This document shows positions 1 to 12,800 of a stretch of DNA of 64,000 bases, one piece after another. The notes beneath the pieces are model-generated. The model saw only the letters and a program-made list of their open reading frames with translations. It did no database searches and was not told the origin of the DNA. The position numbers were made by a program, and so were the translations under genes. Numbering within the stretch: the first letter of the stretch is position 1; each line of letters begins with the position of its first letter. The DNA is taken from the NCBI GenBank assembly GCA_964188305.1, contig OZ076889.1; one strand, 5' to 3'. The DNA is from Podarcis bocagei. Taxonomy: Eukaryota.

Positions 1-54
1 GGAGGGTGGGCACTGCCCAGGAGGGGTGCCAGGCGCGTGGTTTCTCTGCCAGGC

Positions 55-297
55 AAGGTGCAAAGCCCTTCTTTTGCACCGTGAAACATAAATGTGCAGT
101 TTTTTAAATAAAAAAACTGGGCAATAGCCACCTGCCTGTGACTCCCAAGCCTCCCCTGATCAGTCAAAACAGAGGAGGAAGGGGGCAGGAGATCGGGGGA
201 GGCTCAGGAGTCATGGGCGCGCCGTGCCATTGCCCAGTTTTTAAAAAACTGTGCGCATTTATGTTTCACAGGGTGCGAAATAAGGGCTTTGCACCTT
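55..297. mobile_element. Large imperfect palindrome, probably the internal part of a foldback MITE; DNA-transposon-like ends at ~410-430 and ~457-493
   Basis: Arm 55-162 (aaggtgcaaagccctt...cccctgatc) is the reverse complement of arm 190-297 (gatcggggg...aagggctttgcacctt). Confidence 0.6.
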
Positions 298-540
298 TAT
301 ACAATATGCATGTGTGCTTGGGCCCAGGGTCTTTTGCCTCACCATCCCCACTACTGACTCCCTGTTGCTACTCAGCTTTGGGGGAGGGGGGAGTGTCCCC
401 GGATTCATTGAAAAAAATCTGGTAACCATATCTAAGAGAAAGAGAGGATTTCATGGTGAGTTCCAGCACCTCTTTTTCTAGAAAAATAGCACTGCCTCCA
501 AGTCAATATGCATAGGATATTTCTTCCTCTGGTCATGGCT

Positions 541-687
541 GTGGGTGCGTGACTTGACTGTTTCCAGGCGCTGTGGTCGTCTGCAAGGGATTCTCACATG
601 GCAGGCTTGATGTTGCCAGCCTTCATGTCATGCTTGCAGACATCTTTGTAACACAGAGTTGGTCTGCCAACGGGCCTGGTGCCTGAG
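541..687 (-). mobile_element. RTE-clade LINE ORF C-terminal fragment
   Basis: Minus translation SGTRPVGRPTLCYKDVCKHDMKAGNIKPAM*ESLADDHSAWKQ resembles the RTE-type GxRxxGRPxxRYKDxxKxD...W motif; internal stop. Confidence 0.7.
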
Positions 688-1879
688 TGGAATAAGAATG
701 TGATAAGCAAACATTTAAAATATTTATTTAGTATTTGTTAAGAGCATAAAGCATTATCAAACGGCATCCGGCCTATAGAAGAATAAATGTTTTGGACTCT
801 GATTTGGCCTCCAAATTAGATGTAAAAGGTGGCATGGCTTCTGAAACATTAAAAGTTGTGTAGAAGATTGAATGGCATGCAAGCTGTATTTATTTATTTT
901 ATAAATTAATAAACAAATTTTACTTAATAAACAGTATTTTATTTGATAATAATATTTTATTTAATAATTATAACTATTTTGTTTAATTAATAAATAAAAT
1001 TTAAAAAGCAGTACCTGATGAAATTCTCAGTTATGCAACTATTAGAAGTGCAGGAAACTTGTCTTCCTTATAACTTAAGCTTCATAGAAGCCCAATGCGG
1101 TGTTTCACAGCTCCCGATCTCAATTAATGCAAATAATTATGACATGTGAGTCTTTCTCCATTCATGTCTGGAAAAGCTTCTTTTCCAAGGAGAAATTCCT
1201 TAAGGAAAGATGGTGAGCTTTTTTTTTTTAAAAAAAAACCCCAAACACCTCATCTGGCCCACTGAAACTTGTCTTTGCTAACGCTATTAGTCCTAGAATT
1301 AAATCTATTACTCAATGGAGGAATCAATATAGCTAGCTTTAGACCCCTCCACCCTTTTCCAGCCAACTGTTGGGTGTGTCAGTTGCGCCGGATGGAAACT
1401 GAGCATTAACATTTATGGTTCAGTGACATCCAGTGTTTTCTGGTGTTAAGTGCTCATGTAAAATGCATAAAGCTTAACACTGGGGTAAAAGGTGCTTTCT
1501 ACAGGAGGTTGTGGTCAACTACCAGCATTTCACAGCCTAGCCAGTGCTGTCCACCTAATGAAGACTAATGTGGAATAGCTCCTGTCTCGTCCGCACAGTG
1601 TATTAAAGGGCTGACTACTACGTTTACTTAAGCAAACAGGGAACTGTTACAAAGCCCTGAGGACCAATTATAAAAAAAAACCTCTCCAGCATTAGATGAA
1701 GTGTTAACCACAGTGTCCGGGACAAATTCCAACTCGAGTAATGACATTCTATCTAAACTCCCTCTGCCTTTTTTTTACCCTTCCGAAGGAATCAGGCTTG
1801 TGGTTAAAAACACCAAACAGTTGTGAAAAGAAATCTGGGGTCTATTCCTAACATGGCCGCTCGCTTATTTGACCTTGTA

Positions 1880-2133
1880 GAGCCAGTGTGGTGTAGTGGT
1901 TAAGAGCGGTAGTCACGTAATCTGGGAAACCGGGTTCGCGTCTCCGCTCCTCCACATGCAGCTGCTGGGTGACCTTGGGCCAGTCACACTTCTCTGAAGT
2001 CTCTCAGCCCCACTCACCTCACAGAGTGTTTGTTGTGGGGGAGGAAGGGAAAGGAGAATGTTAGCCGCTTTGAGACTCCTGAAGGGGAGTGAAAGGCGGG
2101 ATATCAAATCCAAACTCTTCTTCTTCTTCTTCT
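1880..2133 (+). mobile_element. Full-length tRNA-derived SINE (Squam3-like) with (CTT)n tail
   Basis: A box TGGTGTAGTGG, B box GGGTTCGCGTCTCC, CTT tail, TSD CTTGTAGA at 1874-1881 and 2132-2139. Confidence 0.85.
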
Positions 2134-5100
2134 TGTAGACAAGTCACAAGCCATGTCTGTTTGAGGCAGTTCTCGCAAAATGAAAATATGAAGTGAAATG
2201 GTGTATGATTTCCATTTGAAGTACTGCAGTGTTTACATGATTTCCCCCAACTTATCCTCAGGTATAAACTGTAGCACCCTCCATTTTGTGCTTTCCCAGA
2301 GTACTTTGGGGGACACTGTGTGGGTGGGTGTAGGGTCTTCTTTTTCAAGCTGGGTTAAAACAAGAAGACACTCCACTCTCTGTGCTGCATGGTGGTGGTG
2401 ATGGTTGTTGTTGTTATTAAAATTTGTATACTGCCCTAAACCCGCAGGTCTCGGGCGGTTTACAAGGTAATAAGTGGGCAAATGGGGATTTGAACCCACA
2501 TCTCCACAGTTGGACACTATGGGTGAAAATCAACATCATGCTATTATGATCAGTATAAGTATATCTGAATGAGCATTACGGAGCTCCATGGTGCAGCCTC
2601 CAGACTCAGGGAATGCTCAGCAAAACGACTCAGCAAAAGTGCACACCAATTCTATTATCAACTCTCTCAGGACAATGACAAGAATCCACCAACAGCATAT
2701 GAATCAATATGGCTAACCTGATTCAAACACACGCACACACCCCACTCAACACATGAAAACAAAGTTCAACACAGCCAATTACAAACAAGCAACCGCACTC
2801 TAGGCCAACCACAATTTCTCTCACCACCAAAGGAACACAAGCGATAGCAAAGAGGACCTGCACAAATGACACTGACACAAAAACCCACACATACATTTAG
2901 CAAAATAGAAATATCGCCTCCCGACCCCCCCCCCCATGGTCCCCTCTACCTCTTCTCCCCTTTTTTCTTCTTAATGTAACCCTAATGTCTCAGCAAATGA
3001 AACTGGCCTATGGAAAATGTAACTTGAAAAAAGAGACATTGTGCATACCTTTGTAAACCAAGAAAACTTTAATATTTTTTTAAAAAAACTAAAAACTAAA
3101 AAACAAAACTCTCTCAGGATGTTGCTGGCCACTCTCTGGGCTACCACGCATAATGCCAACGGAGACAATCATGGTGAATACAGTATAGCTTTATTGCATC
3201 TCCACAGTGCTTGGCATTTGCTGTAATGGCCAGTGGATTACTTCAGAACAAACCGAATTCAGAAATCCATCTGTATTTGCTGCATTGTGCTTTATGAGGC
3301 ATTGTCTGTACACTGCGCTGCAAGCCGCTTGTGTACTGAAACGAGCCAATACCCGCTCAGCACATGTCAAATGCTGCACAACTCTGCTCAACTCAGTACA
3401 GGTTTTTGTGAATGGGAATCTCATTTTATACTTGGAAACACTTGCATGTAAGCTAAGAAGTTGTTTCTTGCCATAATATTGTGGTGTCCAGCAGCACCAA
3501 CTTGTGCTTCTTCCTGATGTGTGGCTGTAGCATGAACGTGCATAGATGGCGAAATGTGTTCAAAAGGGTGGCAGGTAACTGTATGTAGTTGCTTAGAGCC
3601 CATTAGTTAGTTCTGAGTCCTATTCCTCCTCCTTATTGACACCGTTAACCAAGGAATAATACAGCAATTGTGGTTGTGATTTTTAATTGCCGTTAAGTTC
3701 AATCGCCTTACTTTTAAGCAATCAGTTTTGACTGACTAAAGCATTACAGTCATTCGATACCATTTTATAGCATTCCATTTTTGCCCCTGCATTCTTCTGA
3801 GGAAATTGGGCATGCAGCAATGGGATCCCTTGCCCTAGCCTCTCTCAGTGAAGGACTCAATTCTATTTGCCTGGTTTTTCTTCATTCCTTTCTGGCTTGT
3901 TTCGCAGGCCCCCCCGCCCCTGCCCCCCGTTTTGCCATTTGCCGTGCACACAATGGACACAATGGCTTTGCTTAGCCAGGAGGGGGGGCAGAAGGACTGC
4001 AAAGAGGCGCCAGCTGTGACCTGAGCCCAGGAGACATCGTATTTCAGCCTTGTGACACATTTCACCCTCTCGTGACCTGGTGCCTGCGCTGCACAAGCTG
4101 TGTCTGAAATGGCAGAATTGTCATTTGTCAGTCAGATGGAGATTGAGGGGGAGGGAAGGAAAGGAAAGGAAAGGAAAGGAAAAGGGGGGGGGGTCACGCA
4201 GAGGAACTACCGGGGCACCATTGCAAGGAAGGTGTCTACTTCAGCCTCTACACCTTGGTGGAATAAAGAATGAAAATGGGGAGGGCAGAAAGGGAATTTC
4301 GAAAGTCTGTTCATATGTTTTAGCAACCCCTAACTCAGCTTCTCTCCTCCCACAGCCCCCCCAAACAGACATTTGTTTTTTTAAAAGTATGTCATATGGC
4401 ATCATCTTTACAATTGTCTGGGAGATATCTAAAAGCTTAGAATCATCCGATGCACTGAGCATACTGTTTTTGATTAATATATGGAAGCTACTAACTAAAC
4501 GTGTAAAAGTCCCACTGATGCGTTTATCACTTGTTAAGGGTATTAGAGCCTCCTGGTTTCTGGCCTTATCTATATATTACCTCTGGCTTCTCTGTTTTTC
4601 AGATCACCTGTGGAGGGGCTGAGTGCTTGGCTGTGAATCCGAATCACAGTCGGTTTTCCCAGCTGACTATTCCCCCCTCCCTAAGCCTTCTTTTGGCTTT
4701 TCTTCAGGCCAGATCCCACCTGTGATCCACTTGTAGCTTTCTCAACTACTTCTCTCTCAAGAGTGACCCCAGCAATCCTCATCATTCTTTACCAGAGAAT
4801 CGTATCCTCATCATTGCTTTGACCTCTTTGCCCAGAAGGGTTTTAGGGTCTTTCATTGCTGCATGGAAAGCACAAATTCAGCAAGGGATGCTTTTCCAGG
4901 CACACAAATATACCCGCTAAATGTCTGCTAGTCATGCAGCCATAAAAAACACAGAGCTCTGCAAGAATATAAAGGTTGCTATGAAATCTAAGCATATGTT
5001 CCCTTACCTTCACTTCTTAGCAACCAAGTAGAAGAGCTGATGTATTCTCCTTAAGACCCGACATGGACAGCTTCTCACTCCAGTTTTCAAGTATTAGGTA

Positions 5101-5990
5101 AGCATATCTTCCATCTACCTGAAAAACATGGCCTGCTCCACATAGAAGGTACAGTGTGTGTAGGTTTCTGCATGGAACAGGAAGCATGTGTAGGCTTCTG
5201 CAACTAGATGAGCTCACCTTCTCTCTATCTAGGAGGGTCAACAAATTCAAATTAAATTAAATTTCCTGCTATAGAGGAACGGCAGGACTGTGCATTGTGA
5301 GAAGGAGCACCAGTATAGTGGGGGAAATGGCCTTTCAGATAGACCCCCGCCAGCTGCCACTGTATGTACACACAGCCTGTCTTTCATCGAAATAGGCTTT
5401 AATTCCAGTTAAGGACCTGTCATAGACCTGCCATAGCCAATGCAAGACAAGCCTGTCAAACAAAGCACGGTTGTTACCCATCCCTGCCTTTTGGGGTGCT
5501 TCAAGGTGTGCTTTAAAAAAAATCGATAGAGCATTCATTTGTTTGCTGGGAGGTTAGATGACATTGCATCAAAGCAGGTATTCTCTCTTAGGTTCCATTG
5601 CATTTTTGCATCATGTTCCTTATTGAAAAACGTCTATTTTCTGGGGCAAAGTGGATTTGTTGCACAAGACCTTCTAGTCAAGGATTGTGAGCAACATCAT
5701 GGGAGGAGCGTTTCCAGCTACCCCAGCCTTTAGAAGCCTTATAAGCTGCTGCAGGAGGAACTGCATGGGAGAAGCATTTCTAGGACCAAGGTGAAACTCT
5801 CAAGCTCCCTGGTTATTTCTAATGTTGTTGATGTAATATTGTTATATACAGCACAGAGAAGTTGGTTTTTTTGTATACTATATTTGCTGTTATGTTGTCA
5901 TTTTACTATTACTGCTCTTGTGATGGTTGATCTTGAGATGTTTTGCTGTTTGTTATAAGCTGCTTCGACCATGATTTTTTCTGGAGAAGT

Positions 5991-6373
5991 ATCACAGAAC
6001 TGTAGAATTGGAAGGGACCCTGAGAATCATCTAGTTCAACCACCTGCAATGCAGGAATCTCAATTAAAGACTACATGGAAGACGACCATCTAAGCTCTGC
6101 TTTAAAACCTGGAAGGAAGGAGAGTCCACCACTTCCCTAGGGAGTCTGTTCCACTGTCAAGCAGCTTTTACTGTCAGAAATTTATTCCTGATGTTCAGTC
6201 GGAATGTCCTTTCTTGTAACTTGAATTCATTGGTTCAGCTTCTAGCCTCCGGAGCGGGAGAAAACAAGTTTGCTCCATCTTCCATGTGACAGCCCTTTAG
6301 ATATTTGAAGATGGCTATCATATCTCCTCTCAGTATCCTCTTTACCAGGCTAAAAACATACCCAACTCCCTCA
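5991..6373 (-). mobile_element. CR1 LINE 3' fragment
   Basis: CR1 3' terminus (gggtcccttccaattctacagttctgtgat) and ORF2 tail; similar to 7516-7832 and 37360-38030. Confidence 0.88.
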
Positions 6374-7515
6374 GTGAGTCAACTACCAATGTGTCACCTG
6401 TATTTGCCTGTACTTGATTGAATTCCACCCCAAAATAGTGAGAGTCTGGAAGAACCTCAAGTTACAGATTTCTGATTCACCTGCACAGGAGAGCTCAAGC
6501 AGGGAGTGTTTACCAGCAGAATTTGCTCATGTCACTTATGAACCAGTAAAATGTGTCATTCTCATCACAACCTTGAGTGATGAAATAAGACACATTTTAA
6601 GAAGTTTGCCCATCCACAGTATAAGCTAATTGTCAATGTTGTCACTGGCAGCAAAGACAGAGATGACACTACTGATACAGTGGTGATAAGCCAGTGTCTC
6701 TGGGGTCCCTGTTCAGACAAATTCACTTCCTTAACAGTATGGAAATCAAATACTCATTTTTGTTGTTTCGGTGCATGCCATATACTTTTGACTGACTGCT
6801 GAAAAAATTACACCTTTCATATCTTTCCTGTATGACTAAAAAAAGAAGAAGCAGCTTTTTAGGCATGTTTGACTAACTTATTAATAGTCCCATTCAGTTA
6901 AAAGCATAATGGAAATGACACATCTAATTCTATGAATTTAAAGCTAAACACAATCTTGTGTGTCAAAGAACTCAAGTCAGTATCGTTTCTTTGACAGTGA
7001 AATCTGAAACATGTTTACTCAGAAGTCAATCTAAATTCAGTGGGACTTACTCTCCAGCAGATGTATTTAGAATGGCAGTCTGAGTCATTCGAGAATAACT
7101 ACTGCTATCTCACATATTATGTAGTGCAAAAACACAACATTTGATGGACAAGTTTCCATTTCTTACAACAAAATCCTATAGTGTACCTAAATGCTTACCG
7201 CTGCTTGTGCCAACACAAGCTAATTACTATCTACCCATAACTATTATTAAATCAACACAGGAGCAAAGCTAGAAGAATTATATGACATTCCCACAACAGA
7301 GTCCCAAACAACTGTTTAATGCCTCCATGAAGCATAACATTATACTGTACCAAAAAAATACCTCCAGTGCTTAAGCAAGGAAAGAACTGACAAGGATGGC
7401 TCTGAGATTGTATCTCCTGTCTCCTAAAACTTTAGCAAGCAGCAACCACAGGGGATAGGGGATTTCAGTGATAATGACAATGTTCTTTTCCCTGTTAAAT
7501 GTAGATGCATACATG

Positions 7516-7832
7516 TCACAGAATAATAGAATTGTAGAGTTGGAAGGGACCCTGAGGGTCATCTAGTCCAACCCCCTGCAATGCAGGAATCTCAACTAAA
7601 GCATCCATGGCAGGTGGCCACCCAACCTCTGCTTAAAAACCTCCAAGGAAGGAGAGTCCACAGCCTCCCAAGGGAGTCCATTCCAATGTCTAACAGCTCT
7701 TCCTGTCAGAAAGTTTTTCCAGATGTTTAGTCGGATTCTCCTTTCTTGTAACTTGAAACCATTGGTTCGAGTTCTACCCTGTGGAGCAGGAGAAGACAAC
7801 CTTGCGCCACCTTCCATGACAGCCCTTCAGAT
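7516..7832 (-). mobile_element. CR1 LINE 3' fragment
   Basis: ORF 7596..7817 RTRTNGFKLQERRIRLNIWKNFLTGRAVRHWNGLP...SLEVFKQRL is the CR1 ORF2 C-terminus; CR1 tail present. Confidence 0.9.
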
Positions 7833-9189
7833 GGTTTTCTATTACAACAATCCAATCCAATAACAACCTCATTATAACAATGTCAAATTATAATACAATT
7901 AATAATACCAATCATTGAGATGCCAGATTATACAATTTAGTAGGAACACTTGAGTAGGGATTTAGTTAACAGGCTACAACCCTTAAGTGACTGTTTTGCA
8001 CTAGAGCAAGGAAAGTGAGATACCATCCTGTCTTGTTCAAGCAGTCTTGCCAGAGGATAGAGTCAGGTTGTACGATTCAAGTTCTCCATGTGAGCAGAGA
8101 AATAAAGAGGAGCAATTGATTATCTTGATTCTTATCATATTATTTCCCAAAGATCCAGGACTGTCTATTTGGAAAGAATCAAGGTGACATAGCTAAAGCG
8201 TTACATTTTTCTAAATACGGTGGAACCTCTTCCTATCCTCCCACCTTCAGATACTACTAATTCAGTTTTGAGTTCACCCATCTCTCTTGTGACTCCACAT
8301 CAGTGTAACCTTATGGAAATGATATCCTCTTTTATCTGCTGTCTGATTACTCAAATGTTTTCTGTGCTCCTGAGGCTATTTAGATAAATTGAATTGCACA
8401 GTATATGAAGACATTTTTACATATTACGGAAGCATTTTAAATGCCACAAGAAATGATGGGAGTAGTGTGCTATATTTCTGAGCACTGTGTAGATTGGTCA
8501 TGATTTTTAACATGAACAGCTTTCAGTAGCTTATTTGACTGTAAATTCTTTACAGGCTAAAACCTAGCCACAAATACATACATTATGTACACATATGAAC
8601 ATAAATCTGCATGGTACTGAGGCAGACCATTGTTCCTCCTTTTAAGAGAAGATGCCAGAGACTGGTGCTGGGAACTTGTGTATGCAGAGCATGTAGCTAC
8701 CACCAAGCTATAACCCCTCCCTACGCTGGAAGCAAAGCTTTGTAGATGTATTCATTTTTCAGATCTGTGCTGAGAAAAGTGGAACTTCATGGGGTATTTC
8801 CCCCTCAAAGAGGCTTCTATGACTAACAACACAAACCCAATGCAATTTTCCATTATGTGTATTAATTACATCAGGCTAAGGTTTCCGGTTTCCTCAGTCT
8901 ACAGATCAATATCCTCCCAGCTCTGAAACAGATCAAATTTAGGCCTTTTGTTATAAAGTGAAGTTGAAGCTTTTTGGTTCCTTATTGTACTGCAGATTCT
9001 GCCCTCTGAACTTGAATGGTGGGCAGAGGAGTCTGGCCACAGTTCAGCAAAACTTAGTCATGACTAAATCCCATGTTATTGCTCTCAATGGGGCTTAAAT
9101 ATGACAAGTCTCTTGCTGGACTGTGCCTAGGGCACCTGGGCACCTAGGGATGGGCAATCAGGATTCAGCTTCAGTGTATTGGTTCATAT

Positions 9190-9420
9190 CCAGCCCATCA
9201 CTGCTTCTAAGTGCGAGTCCTGAGGTGCTCTCCTGATTCAGATGGAACAGAGATAGAGCTGGGCATCACCTGCATACTGATAACATCTCTCTCCAAATCT
9301 CCTGATGACAGCTCTCAGCAGCTTCAAACAGATGTTAAATGCCATGGGGGACAAGATGGAGCTCTGTGGGATGCCACAGGACAATTCCCATGGTGCTGAG
9401 CAACAGCTTCCCCATAATTA
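9190..9420 (-). mobile_element. L2/CR1-clade LINE reverse-transcriptase fragment, decayed
   Basis: Minus translation CGIPQSSILSPMAFNICLKLLRAVIRRFGERCYQYAGDAQLYL (degenerate GVPQGS and YADD motifs). Confidence 0.8.
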
Positions 9421-9641
9421 CTTTCTGGAAACAGTCAAGAATAACTGGCTGCAAGTGGAACCAGGCTTTTATCACTAGCTGTGGTATCTGCTCATTCATG
9501 GGATTATTTAGCCAACTCTTAGGACACAGAAGGCATACATTGGGATGGATTGGCACAGCTAAACATTTTTTAAAAATCCAATCTGACCAAAGGCAGATTA
9601 AGATTATTCGTAGCAAAGATACCTTGTTTGTTTAAAGTCCG

Positions 9642-9845
9642 TTAAAATATAAAATAAGAATCTTCTTTAAGCCCAATGGCTTTCAAAGATCTCTCCATCT
9701 CTTCACTAAATGTCACAGAGCCACATATCAATACGTAAGGTTGTCTTCTGCATGTGTTCACCATACTCTTAATCACGTCCTCGTTTATCCGACCAAGGTA
9801 AGTGTTTTTTTGAAAGCTCCAAGGCAGATTTTCAAGTGAATGTTC
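9642..9845 (-). CDS. CYB5RL: CYB5RL last coding exon (EHSLENLPWSFQ...LICGSVTF...DSYFIF*)
   Basis: ctctttag|GAA; 68 codons ending TAA at 9644-9642; not in the ORF track. Confidence 0.92.
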   Translation of the reverse strand, partial: EHSLENLPWSFQKNTYLGRINEDVIKSMVNTCRRQPYVLICGSVTFSEEMERSLKAIGLKEDSYFIF

Positions 9846-12800
9846 CTAAAGAGGCAAAAGTATAAGACACTTTAAAATCATCTCAGAGAAACATACGGCC
9901 AATACTAAATTAGCCTTGAGCTATATTAATCCTGTTTTTCTCTCCTGGATGGAAGGAGAAGAGGTGGGATGTAGAGACCACTGGCTTTTGTCGGGCCGGG
10001 ATGTAGCCTTCTGTACAAAGATAAGAATCACACTCATTGTTCTGCCTGCTTTCGCTTCCGGATCCACTCAGCCCTGGCATGTGGCCCCTGGAACACTGTA
10101 TATGAGGGGATGTGGCTCTTGGGCTGCAAAAGGCTCTACATGCAAACATGGGCTTAACTACCTAGCAATGGTCCTTTTCCCAGCTAGGAAGGCTAGACAT
10201 GACAAGGTTTTCAGTGTGGGACTGAACCACTTGCAATACATATAGCATGAAGGTTCATGCATCAACTGAGGGGAAGGTTGTCACACTGTCCCATGAGAAG
10301 GAAAAATTGCCTATTAGAATATTACCTGGCTTAATACATAAAATGCCCTTATGTTCCAGAATCGAGATTGCTCTTGAAGAAGAGGCTTCATGTAGATATT
10401 TTCAAAGTTCCTGAAGCAGCCCACTAGAGTTACAAATGTTTCATCATCCTCATTCTCTGTTATGTACTGAAGAATAGGAAGCATTGGTGCTAGACCAGTA
10501 CCAGAAGCAAGCATGAGAAGTTCTCCATACTGAAAATGAAGCAGAAGATGCCAAATACATCTGAGTCACTGGAACTGGAAAAACACTACAACAGAAACTG
10601 AATTTCAGCTCCAATTCATCATTTCATCCTATAAAAAAGTGTGAACACTCCGTAACTCGGGGATTATCTTTTCTCCTTTAGCAATCATGTCCACTGTGAT
10701 CAACTGAGAAAGCTTTACTTGGCAATAAGTCCCAATGAACTTTTTGAAGAGACACGAACTTGTTCCAGAAAGTGCATGTCATGCTAAATCATGGTCAGTA
10801 TTGAAATTCAGATGAGAAGGAAGCTTCAAGAGGGAATGAAACAAACATGGTAGGAGGACAGTGCTCAGAAAGGACTCAGACTTCACCGTTTATCTTTTCT
10901 GTCTCTTGTGGTTTGCAATATTAACAGGACAATTCTAAGTATGTTGACTTGGGATGGAATTCTATTTTCTTCAATGGGGAGTGCATCCTATTTAGGATTA
11001 CAGCCTTAATTATCAAATATAAAAGAAATTTATACTAAATCTGACTCGACTGCTATTCTTGATCATCCGCTATATTTTCTCCTCTTGTTCTTTTTAAAAG
11101 AAATGGCATCCTACACAGATCCATGTCAAAGCTCTGAAGCGCTGTGGGGAAAATCTGAAGAACCCTACCCAGATCCTTAAACCCTAATGGTTTCCCCCTC
11201 ATTTCCTGAAACCAAAAACAGGAAACCAACTATTTGGCATTTGACTACTTGTCATCTGATTGTATCTCATTGGTATTATATTGTCCATTTTATTTTATAT
11301 TACATTTTTAAATATTGTGTTGTTAACTCCCCTGTGATTGCTATGTAGTGAAGGGGTTGTGAGGGGGGTTGTGTGTGTGTGTGTCTGTAAAAGTATATAT
11401 ATGGCTTTACTTGATTGGCTGAATAAGGAAAACCTCCAAATGGTCCTCTCCAACAAACCGAATCTCCTTCTTTCCAGGACTTTACATATTGTGACATGAG
11501 TCCATCTTCATAGCACTTGTAAAGAAAACACAAAACAAACAAAAACATTTTTGAGAGGAAAACCTCACGTTTATATTCTACAAATAAAATTTCATAAACT
11601 AGAACAGAAAGTCTTCTATGCATTTTGTTTAATCGCTTAAAATATATATTAAAGTTCTAGCACAAAGAGATTTAAATTAATCTGGGACATGAGTTACAAA
11701 TCTAGCATTATTATTTGTTAATTCGCTCAAGTGTATGCAAAATAAAGATTGTCTATTGCTTGTATTGTGATTGTGCTGACTAAGCTGGGTGGCAGATAAA
11801 ACCACTCAGGTATTTTAAAACCTGCTCTGACTGCAAATAGCCTTTGCACCCGATACTGACTAACAGATACACAAAATAGCACCTAACACATGCAATCATT
11901 TATTCATTGTGGATCTCTGTGCATTTATAGGAAAAAGGGAGCTTTCTGAGTAGTGAAATTCAAGTGCACAATGCCTCTTCGGTCATTTGTTCCAGGACTT
12001 GTATATTCTGCCTTTTTAATGCTTCCTTCATCTATGAGTTTGGAGTGAAAGTAATTCAAGCTAAGACAATGTATCACACAAAAATCTGATCATACCACCA
12101 GGCCTTATACTTCCTCTACAATAATGACTGTAAAAAGCATCTGCATCTAGGAAAAAACCGAGTTGGCTCAGTCAGTAGAGCATGAGACTCTTAATCTCAG
12201 GGTCAGGGGTTCAAGTCCCACACTGGACAAAAGATTCTTGCGTTGAAGGGGTTTGGACTAGATGACACTTGTTGTCCCTTCCAGCTCTACAGTTCTATGA
12301 TTCTAAGAAGAGAGATAGCTATGCTTAAGGTGGCCAGCTTTACACAGACTCTGCTCCTATGCCTCTGGCATGACACACAGAAAAAAAATTCCCAGAGGGA
12401 GAGTCTATTGCAGCAAAAGCAACACAGTGTGTTGCAGCACCTTAAAGATTTAAGAATTTATCATGGCATAAGATTTCATGGATTAAAGTCAACTTCATCC
12501 ACTGCAGTGGACTCTAGTCCATGAAAGCTTATGCCACAATATATGCGTTAGCCTTCAAGGCATAGCTGTCAACGTGTCCCTTTTTTAAAGGGAAATTCCC
12601 TTATTCTGAATAGGATTCCTCGCAAGAAAAGGGAAAAGTTGACAGCTATGATTCAAGCTGCTACAGGTGGTCTTTGCTGGTTTTACAATTGCCATTTAGC
12701 AGATGGAGCTTTTCTTATCACGTATCTTCATCTCAGGAAACATTGCTGATAAATGTCTGCATGCCAGGCTGCTGTTAAAACTTTAGGAGCTGTGGCAGGG

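Noticed and set aside
4080-4622. 180-aa ORF as a possible gene or CDCP2 exon
   Set aside because: Non-ATG start, runs through a GGAAA simple repeat, no CUB-domain motifs.
5005-5110. Strong minus-strand donor AAG|gtaagg as a CDCP2 first coding exon
   Set aside because: All three frames have stops just upstream and there is no signal peptide; at most a non-coding exon, unsupported.
12157-12229. Functional tRNA-Lys(CTT) gene
   Set aside because: Acceptor and T stems are mutated and it is fused to a CR1 tail with no oligo-T terminator, so it is a SINE head.
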